NCBI RefSeq assembly: GCF_021028975.2
Contig: NC_059426.1
Location: 70,246,001-70,310,000, forward strand
Source of the DNA: Sphaerodactylus townsendi
Lineage: Eukaryota
Length of the DNA: 64,000 bases
Reading direction: 5' to 3'
Positions 47,113 through 59,933 of this stretch are shown here, in pieces. The translations under genes were made by a program, and so were the position numbers. The first letter of the stretch is position 1. Each line of letters begins with the position of its first letter. The notes beneath the pieces are model-generated. The model was not told where the DNA came from, did not search any database, and worked only from the letters and a program-made list of their open reading frames with translations.

Positions 47113-49398
47113 TAGGGTTGGTCAATACTAAAAAAATTCGGTAAAATTCGGATTTGGGTATTTTGGGGCATAAAATGATTTGTATGCCCGAATCCGAATC
47201 ATAGCCAATTCGGATATACCCGAAAATTCGGGTAAATCCGAAAAATTCGGGTCCGTTTTATTATTTTTTTGAATTTTGGGTGTTTTTACACGTTTTGGCC
47301 TGCAGGGGGCGCAATTTTAAAGCTAGCGGCACCAAAGTTTCAGGATATCATCTGGAGACTGTCCTGATGATTCTCCCCAAGTTTGGTGCAGTTTGGTTCA
47401 GGGGGGGCAAGGTTATTGACACTCAAAAGGGGTGCCCCATCCCCCATTGTTTCCAATGGAAGCTAACAGGAGATGGGGGCTACACTTTTGAAGGTCCATA
47501 ACGTTGGACCCCTGAACCAAACTTCACCAAACTTGGGGAGTATCATAGGGACAGTACTTGTATGATACCCCGAAATTTTGGTGACAGTAGCTCTAAAACT
47601 GCACCCCTCACAGTCACCCAAAGAAATTTCCCCAGATTCTGTGCTCTGTAGTGGCTGGCTGGCTCCATTGCAGCCAATAGGAAATTTCTGTGGGAGGGCT
47701 GTGGAGTGCACATTTCTCATGGTAAACCCACAAAACTTTCAGGGTGTCTTCAGGAGAGTCTCTTCATGACACCATCCAGGTTTGGTGACCGTTGCTTCAA
47801 GGGGTTCAATGTTATGGGTAGGGTCCATCTCCCACTGCCCCCATAAGCAAAGTTCTTCTATACCTTGATAAATGTGCACCCCACAGCCCTCCACCAGAAA
47901 TTCCACATTGACAGCAATGCAGAAGTCACTGCAGAAAAAAGAATCTTGGGCAAATTTTTGGGGGTGCCTGCAGGGGCACATTTTGTGACATATCAGCACC
48001 AAAATATCAGGGTATCATCAGGAGACTGTCCTGATGACACACCCTGGTGCAGTTTGGTTCAGGGGCCAAAGTTATGGACCCTCAAAATGGTAGCCACCAT
48101 CTCCTTAGCTGTCATTGGAAACAATGGGGATAGAGGCCCCTTTGAGGGTCCATAATCCAGCCCTGAACCAAACTGCACCAAACTTAGTGTCATCAGGGCC
48201 ACTTAGCTTTAAAAATTCCGGTTTTCATGTTTCACCGCTCCTGCACATGAAGCCTGCTGGAGTGCAGGAGCGGTGAAACACGCAAACCAGCATTTTTAAA
48301 GCTAGTGACACCAAACTTTCAGGGTAACATCAGGAGACTGTCCTGATGATACCCCCAAAGTTTGGTGCAGTTTGGTTCAGGGGAGCCAAAGTTATGGACT
48401 CTCAAAGGTGTAGCCCCCATCCCCTATCAGCTCCCATTGGAAACAATGGGGGATAGAGGCCCCCCTTTGAGGGTCCATACCTGAACCAAACTGCACCAAA
48501 CTTGGTGGGCAACATCAGGACAGTCACCTGATGATACTCTGATAATTTGGTGCCGATACATCTCAGGGCACAGAAATTTGCCCAAGATTCTTTGTCCTTC
48601 AGTTACTTAGCTGTATTGCTGTCAATGGGGAATTTCTTGGGAGGGCTGTGAGGTGCACATTTCTGGATGACACCATCCAGGTTTGGGGAATTTTGCTTCA
48701 GGGGGTTTAATTCTATGGGACCCAAAAAGGGTAGGGCCCATCTCCCACTTCCACCTGAAGTAAAGTTCCCCAAACCTGGATGGTGTCATCCAGAGACTCT
48801 CCTGAAGATACCCTGAAAGTTTTGTGGGTTTACCATGAAAAATGTGCACTCCACAGCCCCTCAGAAATTCCCTATTGACAGCAATGCAGCTAAGTCACTG
48901 CAGAACAAAGAATCTTGTGCAAATTTCAGTGCCTGCAGGCATTTGTAGATGTATCGGTACCAATATTTCAGTGAGACTGTCCTGATGATACCCTCCAAGT
49001 TTAGTGCAGTTTGGTTCAGGGGCCAAAGTTATGGACCCTGAAAAGGGTAGCCCTCATCTCCTTAGTTCCCATTGGAAAGAATGGGGGATAGGGACACCAC
49101 TTTGGGGTCCATAACTTTGGCCCCTAAACCAAAATGCACCAAACTTGGAGGGTATCATCAGGACAGTCTCCCACCCTGAAAATTTGGTGCTGATATGTTT
49201 AAAAATGTCTCCCCTGCAGGCCAAAATGTGAAAAAAAACACCAAAAATAAAACGCATTCGTTGGTAATCCGAATCCCATGGATTCGGATCTGTTAGGATT
49301 CGGACAGCTCAGATTCGGCTCCTGCTCGTCCGAATCCGTCCGAATCCGTGCAGATTCGGTAAAAATTCGGATTTGGACTGTCCGAATCTCCAACCCTA
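47113..49398. mobile_element. Non-autonomous hAT-like element, TAGGG-type (Ac-like) TIR (2286 bp)
   Basis: 8-bp TSD CTCCTCAT (47105-47112, 49399-49406); TIR TAGGGTTGG / CCAACCCTA; dense TTCGG/CCGAA subterminal repeats at both ends. Confidence 0.9.
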
Positions 49399-49810
49399 CT
49401 CCTCATATTTTTAAATAAAAAAGAATTACAATCATATGTTTTTGTAAGATTTATGGAAGTTATAACCAATTATTAATACAATATTATTCACATATTACTA
49501 GTTTCAATTCACTGATGTTCTATCTAGGTATGTTGTATATGATAATATATACAATATTTCTTACAGTACTTTATAAAAATCATTTTGGACTCAGATAAGA
49601 TTTCCATCCTCTAAACATAATAGAAAAAAAACCTGGAAAATAATTCTTCTATGAATGTACATTTTTCCAAGTGCTTTTTTTCTTTTTTCTTCACTTTTTT
49701 ACAATACATATTACTCTAACCTACTCATAAATTCTTCATTTTTATCTACATATTTTAGAAATGTAAAATCATCTTTTCAAGTAGATGATTTCATTCTTGA
49801 CCAGCAGTTC

Positions 49811-50788
49811 TTATGATTTCTTCCAGATGTTATCAATCATGCTAACAAGTACATGTACAGAAAGGTTCTTTTTAAGAAAGTAATTCAAAGCTTCTTTCAC
49901 ATCTTTGTTCCTCAGGCTATATATCAAGGGATTAAGCAAGGGGATTGCCATTGTATAGAATACAGCAAGAATTTTGTCAGAATCCAAAGAGTAGCTAGAG
50001 GTTGGTCTCAAATACATGAAGAGAATTGTCCCATGGTAAATTGTGACACCTGTAAAATGAGAGACACAGGTAGAAAATGCCTTCTGTCTCCCTTGGACTG
50101 AGTGAATTCTGAGAATGGTGGCAAGAATGTAGGTGTATGAGATCACAACAGCCAGGATGGTGATAATTTCAATGCCTCCTACAAGACTAAATAAAAGAAC
50201 TTCACTAACATATGTATCAGAACAAGAGATGGATAACAGTGGTGTAATATCACAATAAAAATGGTTTATCTTGTTAGATCCGCAGAAAGACAATTTAAAT
50301 GTGAAGGTCGTATGAACAAGAGAATGAAAAATCCCAAGAGTGTATGATCCAATTACCAGAGGGATACAGACCTTAGGTGACATGAGGACTGGATACAACA
50401 GAGGGCTACAGATGGCCACATACCGGTCATATGCCATCACAGCTAGAAGACAACATTCTGTGGTCCCCAAAGCGATGAAAAAATACAATTGTGTTGCACA
50501 TCTAGCGAGAGAAATTGATTTTTTATCTGCTATAGAATTGACTAGTGTTTGGGGAGCAACCACTGAGGAATAACAGATATCCAAAAAAGATAAATTGCTG
50601 AGGAAGAAGTACATTGGAGTGTGAAGCTGAGAACTGGCACTAATTAATATAATCAGTGAAAGATTCCCCATCAAGCTGATGATGTAGATAATGAGGAATA
50701 TCATAAAGAGAATCCGTTGCAGTACAGGATCTTGTGTTAATCCCACAAATATGAACTCAGTGATCACTGTTTGATTTTCTTCAGACAT
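49811..50788 (-). CDS. Olfactory receptor, class II, family 5-like (325 aa)
   Basis: First ATG at 50788 (MSEENQT; the ORF track start is TTG); [45 protein letters not shown]. Confidence 0.96.
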   Translation of the reverse strand: MSEENQTVITEFIFVGLTQDPVLQRILFMIFLIIYIISLMGNLSLIILISASSQLHTPMYFFLSNLSFLDICYSSVVAPQTLVNSIADKKSISLARCATQLYFFIALGTTECCLLAVMAYDRYVAICSPLLYPVLMSPKVCIPLVIGSYTLGIFHSLVHTTFTFKLSFCGSNKINHFYCDITPLLSISCSDTYVSEVLLFSLVGGIEIITILAVVISYTYILATILRIHSVQGRQKAFSTCVSHFTGVTIYHGTILFMYLRPTSSYSLDSDKILAVFYTMAIPLLNPLIYSLRNKDVKEALNYFLKKNLSVHVLVSMIDNIWKKS

Positions 50789-51329
50789 TTCATCCAAAGT
50801 GTGTTACCTGCATGGAATAGAGTTCTTTGAGAAGGAGAGACTGTTTTATAATGGATGAAGTTATAGATTTCCTTGTCACACTTGCAACCACTTTGAGCCT
50901 TCTTGGATGGAGAAAAAGGCAGCATATAAATGTTTTAATAAATGCTTAAATGCAAAGGTTATAGTTCAGACAATGCATATGGACCAATGTGAATGCCTTT
51001 CCTTCTGACAGATCCTTACCTTCTCAAGATACTGAGTTTATTTTTGTAACAGCCATGTCTGCTTTGTTTTCTGAATTTGTGTATTAGCTGCAGCCTTATA
51101 TTATTGTTTGTCATTTGTGAAACCATTTATTTCATTTAAAATACATTCTAATTTAATTTAAAACAATAATACTAACATTTTTGCATTTATGACATTCAGT
51201 ATTACTGCCTTGTTACCATTCATCTCAGTAGGATAACAGTATTGGACTTAAAGAGATTTTGAAAAAAGAATGCATATCTATTTTTTAAATCCATGGCATG
51301 TAATAAATGTTGCTCTGATCTGGCTAGTC

Positions 51330-51510
51330 CAGGCAAGCTCAATCTCTTGGAAGCTAGGCTGGTTTGGTCCTGATCAGTATTTGGATGGGAGAACACCAAG
51401 GGATACCAAGTCTACTATGCAGAGGCAGGAAATGGCTAATCACTTCTGAAGGTCTCTTGTCTTGAATGGTCCTCACAATTTGGGTGTGACTTGACAGCAA
51501 AAAAAAAGGG
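51330..51510 (+). mobile_element. 5S-headed SINE, uninterrupted paralog of 25520-26700
   Basis: ggaagcta..agtatttggatgggagaacaccaagggatacc..aatggc..cacttctgaa. Confidence 0.7.
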
Positions 51511-52834
51511 TGGGGGTAAGTTAGCCTGAGAGACAGACCCAAATATCAGCCATTCGATTCATGACAATGTAGGGATCTGAATCTGGCTCTCCCAGATCCT
51601 AGGCTGGCAGATTAATCCTTGCACCATACTGGCTGTATCTAATATATGCAAAAAATACAGATATGTAGTTATACATTGTCTTTACAAGTACATGCATTTA
51701 TTTCTGTTTAGAATGTCTTGTGATAAGACCTACACTTAGGTGACCTCAGGAAAAGATCTACAATCTTCCCAGACCTTTTCAGCTCCTGGTGCTTACAAAT
51801 AAATGAAATGAGGCAAGAAGGAGGGCCATGTACTCCATGTTTGGACAATTGTTTACTTAACCCTTTCAAACCAGTATGTTCCTAGTGAGAATAATCAAGG
51901 ACCCAAATATTGTATTTTATCTAGGCATTGTTCTGTTTTTCCTCTCATTGAAAAACCATGTCTTTCACATTGCTTTATAATACCTAGCATGTTTTTTGCT
52001 AAGTGCTTTCCCATTTTGTTAAATTAGGCTGAAAGATGCTGACTTGTTACCCAAGGCTTCTCAAGGCATTCATAACTAAACATTTCTTGGAATATGGGCT
52101 TTCATATCAAAGCCCAATATTGCCCAAGTCATTATGTGTGCATAGTGAACAGTAAAAACTAAAGAAATGAAATGAAAGAAAGAATCTAAGGCGCATTTTG
52201 ACCATTCAGTGTGAGATTAACCAGCAAATTTCTGCCCATCAACTCCACACCCAACTCTACTTTTCTCCTAAATTAGAGCCATTCATTGTCTGGTCTTTGC
52301 GACCAACTTCACGTAACCTACCTACTTGTACAATTTCTTTCATGGAAGACCTTATTAAATAACTACACATAATACTAAGTATTATTGACTGTGTTGAAGA
52401 AACCAGCCCACAAGTTATCATCATGCTGCTAGAAGGCATGGCTGTGGACTGTATTTATTAGTGGGTCCCTAGTTGCACACATCCATAGCATAAATTCTAA
52501 ATCCAGCAACACCCATCCATTTGTTTGGTTCCTACATAGGTATTTTCCCCATGATTCATTTCTTTTCCTTATGCTCTCATAATAATTGGTTCATCTCACC
52601 TGTGAGGAGACTACTGAAAGTTCTGCTTGGATACTATGCAAGCAAATTGTGTTTCCACAGTATTTTATTTGTTCTGAAACCTACTGGGATTAAGCCACTG
52701 AAGTATTTCAGAACTTCATTTCTCAACAAAGCTCTTCAGAGAAAATTATTCTGTGCATGAGTGCTATGATTTATGTATATAAAATTATCTATATAATTAC
52801 CTAGTATATTGCTTCTGAGAGGGGGAAGGTAGCA

Positions 52835-53020
52835 TGATATAGCCCGGTCTTGTCAGACTGGTAGTTGGAAAGGTGACTTTTAAAAGGAGACCTCCAAGGA
52901 CATTTCTGCAAAAGGCAGTAATGGCAAACCACCTCAGCTTATCACTTGCCTTGGAAGTCTCTTGCTGAGATTTCTGTATGTCGGCTGCGACTTGACAGCA
53001 CCTTACACATGTACACATAC
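52835..53020 (+). mobile_element. Degenerate 5S-headed SINE
   Basis: gcccggtcttgtcaga...gagacctccaagga...aatggcaaaccacctc; absent at the paralogous site (~28010). Confidence 0.6.
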
Positions 53021-54801
53021 AATTTTTGTATTTGTTCTGAGGTTTATTCAGTTTTTTTATTTTTAAGATAGCCTTTGCTAAAATCTTTATTAATATTAGC
53101 AGAAGTGTCTGGCAAATTTATCAATCTGGTCAAGAAGCTTTCTTTTAAATAGGGGAGGGTGTGGCAAAATTAATAGAGTTATGTTCAAAGAGAATGCAGT
53201 GATCTAATTAATGGGCTCATTGATTCCTTCAGACATATAGAAGGTGTATACATGAATGGAGGTCAGTCCCACTGTCCCAGACCTCCAAAAAGTAAGGGAC
53301 AGGAGATACTGAGGTTAGAGTTACTGATTTGCAGAGGATAGATCTGTAGTTGACTATTAACCATTGTTGTCACATTGGACCATGGGTTCAGAGGCAGAAT
53401 GCCTCAGTCAAATGCAGATCAGTCAACAGTGAATGCTGTTGTCTGATGACCTTGCTTGTGGCCTACTAAATGGGCTTCCCTCGGGCATGTAGTTGGCCAC
53501 AGTACGAAATAGCATATTTGCCTAGATAGAATATTGATCTGATCCAGTCTACTCTTATGTTCTCCATAATCTCTGATAAATATATACTGATTATTTAATA
53601 GTGATAGAAATACATTGAAGCTCTGCATATACTCAGTAGATTTATTCCTAAGATAAAGGAACTTGTGTGTTTGTGGTCCTCTATGTTGTCCACCATGCAA
53701 CACCTTGAACCAAATCTGCTCCTAACTGCACTGGATGTTACAGAGTGACACATATAAGTAGAGTTGTTTTGCTCCCATTTCAGACATTTAAACTTTCACA
53801 AAGCTTTGGCACATTATTCATCCAAACATGGAATTATCCCCCTTCTTTTTTTCACCAGGTTTGTGTGTGGTATGATTATATAATCTTGTGGAAAATATTA
53901 TTCTTCATAGGAAAACTCTGTAGGCATTAATAGAAAGTTCATAGCAGAACATATATAGTGACAATGTCATTAAAATATAAGGCACAAAATTATCTCAGTC
54001 CTAATCTCTTTTGACATGTAGCCTTAATGTGAAGGAATAAAGACATTTTACCTATTAAAACCTAAAACTGCAAGGTAATAATTGCCAGAACCAGACATTT
54101 CATCAAGTAGCACTTGTTCTCCAGAATTATGTGGTACAGTTTTTCATGAACTGAACAACCTCAAACAGAAAGTAAGTCACATCTTATCTAAATCCTCCCC
54201 CATTAAAAGAGCTCACTTAAAAATGAGTATATAAGAGAGAAAGAGTAGACTAGGCTAGATTTTTCCTCTCAAAGAGGCTAGTTTTCTATGGATAAAACTT
54301 TTAAACATCACCACTGCTCTGCAACCAGAGGGTAGTAGATTCTGCTGACTGTGTTGCTCAGGTCAGGGAGAATGTTTTAACATTATTATTATCATTAAAA
54401 TTGTCACTAAAATATAATGTTTTATAATATACAATATTGTGATTATAATAAAGAATGAAAATGGATCTTTCCATTATTTTGCAGCTTATTATTTCATAAT
54501 TTGACTTATAATTATAATGAATCGAACCCTTCCATTTCATTCCACTTGTGGTGGCATGTTTCTCACACAACAATCTCTCCATCTACACTGGTTTTGTCAT
54601 GGGTGGAACAACCCAGAAGCAGATTTATCACACTCCAAGAACACACTGCTACCAATGGAATAGTGTGGTAGAATCCAACTAAATGTCTCCTCAAACATTC
54701 TCTAAACATCCCTAGCCTCAAGCTATAGCATAAGGTTAGTGCTGACCTTGGTAAATTAATTTCAACTTCAGTGAAACCTCATACTGCCACTCACAGTCAT
54801 T

Positions 54802-54901
54802 GGAAACAATCCCAAACAGATATATTCAGAAGTAAGTCCTATTTTATTGGGGGGGGGGGGCCTGGCTTACTCCCAGAAAAAAAGTCCTTAGTATTGCAGC
54901 C
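54802..54901. mobile_element. Small MITE-like inverted repeat
   Basis: acaatcccaa...gaagtaagtc pairs with ggcttactc...ttagtattgc. Confidence 0.45.
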
Positions 54902-55081
54902 ATTCTCTGGAAATTATGAAGAAACTCTAGAAATAGCATTTTAAGTGGAAAAAAATGTTGAACTCCCAACAATTCCCAGGATTCTTTGAAGAAATGTTGA
55001 AAGTAAAACTAGAAAAAACAGTGTCAAGTTGTAGACAACATCTGAATCAAACATTCTACTCATTATGTGTAACTGCTTTCA

Positions 55082-56023
55082 TCATAACCATATTTTCAAA
55101 TGAAAATGTCTTCTAAAAGCCTCTTGCACATCTTTGTTCCTCAGGCTGTAGATCAAGGGGTTCAGCATGGGAATGACCACCGTGTAGAACAAGGAGGCCA
55201 CTTTGTCTTGTTCCAGTGCGTACTTGGAGCTAGGTCGCAAATACATAAAGAAAGCTGTCCCATAAAATAAACTAACAACAGTCAGGTGGGAAGCACAGGT
55301 GGAAAAAGCCTTACGTCTACTCTCAGCAGAACGTATCTTCAAGACTGTGGCCAAGATACAAACATAGGAGATTAAGATGACCATTGTAGTACCTACACAA
55401 TTAATACTAACTTGTACAAATATTACTATCTCATTAGTATGGGTGTCAGAAGAAGAAAGTTGTAGGAGTGGGGGAATATCACAGAAATAATGATTGATCA
55501 CATTAGGTCCACAAAAGGATAAAGTAAAGATGAACATAGTATGTAAAAATGAATACAAAATTCCAAGGACATATGAACCATCAACTAGGCAAACACATAA
55601 TTTCCCTGACATTATTGTAGAGTAATGCAGAGGGTTACAGACAGCCACATACCGGTCATAGGCCATCACAGCCAATAGGAGGCATTCAGTACTCCCACAT
55701 ATAATACATATAAATAGTTGGATTGCACAGCCAAAATACCCAATGCTTTTTCTTTCAGCTAAGAGATCCACTAATATTTTGGGGGTTAGAGCTGAGGAAT
55801 AGTTAATGTCCACAAAAGCCAAACTACTGAGAAAGAAATACATGGGAGTGTGAAGTCGTGAGTCTCTCTTGATTAAAATGATCAACCCCAGATTTCCTAC
55901 CAGGGTAACTTCATAGACAAGTAGAAACAGGATGAATAAAGGCAGCCTTAACTCAGATCGATTTGTGATTCCTAGGAGAATGAACTCAGTGACCCTGCTA
56001 TGATTACACAGAAACGTTTCCAT
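55082..56023 (-). CDS. Olfactory receptor, class II, family 5/8-like (313 aa)
   Basis: ATG at 56023 (METFLCNHS); [40 protein letters not shown]; LSC changed to LSS in ECL2. Confidence 0.93.
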   Translation of the reverse strand: METFLCNHSRVTEFILLGITNRSELRLPLFILFLLVYEVTLVGNLGLIILIKRDSRLHTPMYFFLSSLAFVDINYSSALTPKILVDLLAERKSIGYFGCAIQLFICIICGSTECLLLAVMAYDRYVAVCNPLHYSTIMSGKLCVCLVDGSYVLGILYSFLHTMFIFTLSFCGPNVINHYFCDIPPLLQLSSSDTHTNEIVIFVQVSINCVGTTMVILISYVCILATVLKIRSAESRRKAFSTCASHLTVVSLFYGTAFFMYLRPSSKYALEQDKVASLFYTVVIPMLNPLIYSLRNKDVQEAFRRHFHLKIWL

Positions 56024-57404
56024 CAATATGATCTACCTGTCAGGAGCAAAAGAATAGAAATAAAAATATCATCAGTAAATAAAACATACAGAGAAGGGTC
56101 AAATTTGTGAAGTGGCCAATTTGTCCTGCTGCAGGCTTATACAGCTTTCTACTGCAGCCCACAAATATTACAATGTCCTGTTCCTCAGATAATCCGTATC
56201 AGAAATGAAAATCCTCAACCCAAAATTTTCTTTCCCAGTTTGAAATGCCCTTCTGAAAAATCTCATTAAGTAAATGCCAGTTCCCTTTGAAAGCTCTGCA
56301 TGGTTAGAGCAAATATCCAACATCTAAAGAGCTAAAAGTGTTCAGCAAGCAGTGCTTATCGTTATTTGTCCAGAATTATTTTATTTATTTGATCTATATT
56401 AACTAAGGACAGATATATCTTAATGAATGATTCTTAAAATAGATAAATCGCAAAAAATGAATTCATAAATGACAAAAGCATGAAACATCCTTTTTAAAAG
56501 TCAGAATACCAGAACTGGGGAATTTACCGATAGAATGGAGTAATAGATAAATCAGAAGAAACTTTCTCAGATTAGGCATCCACAGTCTATTTATTCATGA
56601 TTCCACTTCTTCTGGGATCTTTTCTCTTATTGTTCTTAGGCTCCTGGTGTGTGCTGCTATAGAGATATTAAATCCCACAAGAATAGGCACCATTAAGTAG
56701 TCCCACAGTCATTCAATTGTTTATATCTTAAAATCGAGCATTTGGGGAATCTAACAAAAAAAACCCCTCTATCAAACATCCCTTTGTAAACATTTACTAT
56801 AATCCACAGCATCCAGAAATTAGTAGCTTTCTGTACAGTATAAAAAGGGTCAGTTATTTCTGTGGTAATCAAATGAAATGCCTTTTTGAAAAGTCACATT
56901 TTAAAAAAACCCTCCCAAAATATTTCTCACCAAATGGTAGCAAGTAATACCATAAAAGTCTACAGTGACCTTTACTTAGCAGTCCCATGGATCAAAGGCA
57001 GGAGTGAGGGCAAAGAGGAAAAGGCACCAGGCAGACAAGACCATGAAAAAAATAGGCCACAGCTTTTATCAAATTTAGCAAAAAAAAATGTATTAGTGCA
57101 GCATGAGGATGGGACCAGCACTGGGCAACCCACCTGCTGCCTGATATAACCCCATCCTCCCAGTTCACCTGCTGAGGGGTAAAACCAAAGAGTGGCATGC
57201 CCCAGGACACCTCTTAAGCAAAAGACACCATGTGATTCCCTTGCCACATGGTGGTGAGAGTCAGTTTGCAGCTGGCAGTCCTTGAGCTGGGGCATTTTTG
57301 TATATCCTGACTCTATTGCCCATCAAAATCACTGGATGCTCTGGTCTCCTTGCTAAATTTTAAAAAAGTGCCAAACTACGTCCACAAAAGATCTTTCCAC
57401 ATAG

Positions 57405-58054
57405 GAAAGGTGCCTCGACCTCTTAAGCATCCTGGTTGCCCTTTTATGCACTTTTTCCATCACTGCAATGTGTGACCAAAACTTCACACATTATTCCAAA
57501 TGAGACTGGACTATAGATCTATAAAGAGGCATTAAAATATTGGCTGTTTTATTTTCAGTCCTTTTCCTAATAATCCCTAGAATAGAGTTGGCCTTTTCAC
57601 TGGTACAGCAACATTCACAGAAATTTTTCATTGAACTATTCACTACTACCCCAATATTCTCTTTCCCTCTCAGGTTGAGCAAGTTCAGACCCTGTTAGCA
57701 TAAACCTGAAGTTGGGATTTATTGTTCATCCCTTTAATTACATTGTACATAATCTGCCACATAATTTCTTGCCCTCTCGCTCAATTTGCAGAGATCCTTA
57801 TGGAGTTTTTTTATGGCAGGGCTTGGTTTTCACAACCCTGAATAATTCAGTGTTATNNNNNNNNNNNNNNNNNNNNNNNNNNNNNNNNNNNNNNNNNNNN
57901 NNNNNNNNNNNNNNNNNNNNNNNNNNNNNNNNNNNNNNNNNNNNNNNNNNNNNNNNNNNNNNNNNNNNNNNNNNNNNNNNNNNNNNNNNNNNNNNATCAT
58001 TTATGAACAAATAAAATAGCACTGGCCCTGTGACCATTCCTTGTGGGACATCAC
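57405..58054 (-). mobile_element. Degenerate CR1 LINE fragment spanning the assembly gap; insertion site of copia B
   Basis: GPVLF.LFIND and KANSILGII..LMPLYRSIV.SHLE on the minus strand. Confidence 0.85.
57857..57995. other. Assembly gap (139 N)
   Basis: Run of N. Confidence 1.
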
Positions 58055-58498
58055 TGTTGGCCTAGTGCACAGCGGAAGGACTAGGTGCCAACTCACCCTT
58101 GCTAGAACAGGAGGTAACTGCTTGCAGTATAAGAAAAAGAAACACTCAGACAGTAGATTTAGTTCCAACAGGAATACTTTATCTCTTGTTTCTCAAAGGA
58201 ACAAAAATAACAATAACTATCCACTCTCTACTCTGACAACAATCTGAGCCCGAACCTGAAGGTGAAGGAGAGGTACTGAATTGGGTATGCAGTCTTCTTA
58301 TATAGTTTTGTCCAGCAAATCATTAGCTAGATGATCTAATCATCCTGGCCTGTGACCTTTACAATTCTGCTGACTGTTACATGCCAATCACTGCAGACCC
58401 AGACAGAGAGGCTCCGACCTTTACAATTCTGCTGACTGTTACATTCCAGTCATTCTAGACCAGCATATGACCACCTTGCAATTTTCAATATCCTGACA
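58055..58498 (-). repeat. 3' LTR of copia B (444 bp)
   Basis: TGTCAG...CCAACA on the minus strand, directly after the PPT GAGAAGGGG (58499-58507); CR1 sequence resumes at 58054. The partner LTR is outside the window. Confidence 0.8.
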
Positions 58499-58633
58499 CC
58501 CCTTCTCATATCTGGTTGGAATGTTGCCTCATTACATAATATTTACAAACAAAATAATTACAAACAAAAGTCATTCACATTATTTACACTCATTACATAG
58601 TTAGTACATAGTCAGTACACAGAGTTACTTATT

Positions 58634-59933
58634 TCACTCACTTTGTACAGAGTCCTTGCCAAATTGTACATCTGCTAAACCCAAACCAAACACCAAGTCA
58701 TTATGTTTTTGTATTGGTAATGGCTTTGTTAAGATGTCGGCTATGTTTGCAGATGATTCACAGTACTGCAACTTAATCATATTTGACTGTATCAGTTGTT
58801 TTACATTTTGGAATTTCACAGCTACATGTTTAGTACGACTTTTAAGGTTTTCGTTCTCTGCCATGGCTATACATGTCTGTGAGTCTTCAAAAACTGTTAT
58901 AGGTTGTTCACATTTCTCACCCAGGTCTTTTAGCAACTGCATAACCCATTGTAGCTCATTGCATGCCTCATTAAGAGCCGCAGATTCTGTCTGAGCAGTT
59001 GAAGTGGTAAGCGTTGGTTGTTCTCGAGATCTCCAACAAATCGGATGGCTGCCATATCGCATATAATAATCACCCACTCACTTACATCCTGAGTCCTCTG
59101 CAAATGAGCTGTCCGCATACACCACTAAGTCCTTGTTGTTTTGGTTAGAAAAGTGTAAACCATAGTTAGCAGTTCCCTTCAAGTAACGAATTACTCTTTT
59201 AGCCCCTGCCAGTCTTTCTCAGTAGGTTTTGCAACTGTTCTACTTAATAAACCTACAGCAAAAGCTATGTCTGGTCTTGTCCAGTTAGCAATGTGCAGCA
59301 GGCTGCCAATTAAGGAACGATATAGGTCTTGCCTTTCAAATGCTTTGCTGTTATCTTGCTTACAAAATCAGCCACCATTGGGGTTTGTGCCACTTTGGCA
59401 TCTTGCAGACCAGCTTTTTGTATGACACCCTCTATCTTTTGTTTTTGTGTCAGAAACACATCCCCTTCTTCAGATTTACTGACTTGAATACCCAGGTATT
59501 GCTTTAGATACCCCAAGTCTTTCAGCTTAAAGTGTTTACTCAACTCAGTGTAAAGTTGTTTGATTTGGTTGTCTGTTTTTGCAACCAAACAGAGAACATC
59601 AACATAAATCATCAAAATGATACATTCATCACCAGTACCTCTGGTATATATAAAGGCATCGGCCACACTTTGGTCAAAATTCATTTCACATAATGCTTTG
59701 TGTATGCACCTGTTCCAACATCTGGCTGACTGTTTCAGCCCGTACAAAGCTTTGTTGAGCTTATAAACTTTATCAACTTGTTCATGCTCATAACCTGGTG
59801 CTTGCTTCATGTATATGGTCTCTTGCAAATCTGCATTTAAATAAGCTGTTTCAAAATCAAAGTGCCTCATTTTAAAGTCTCTTTGCTCAGCCAGAGCAAT
59901 CACTAATCTCATGGATTCTGCCTTTGCAGTGGG
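58634..59933 (-). pseudogene. copia B RT and RNase H, frameshifted
   Basis: ORFs 59310-59912 and 58634-59077, with intervening GSLLHIANWTRPDIAFAV and YADS. Confidence 0.9.

Noticed and set aside
47130-49390. CRISPR-like array or transposase ORF in the repeat-rich element
   Set aside because: The context is eukaryotic, the repeats are inverted and irregular without unique spacers, and no long ORF is present.
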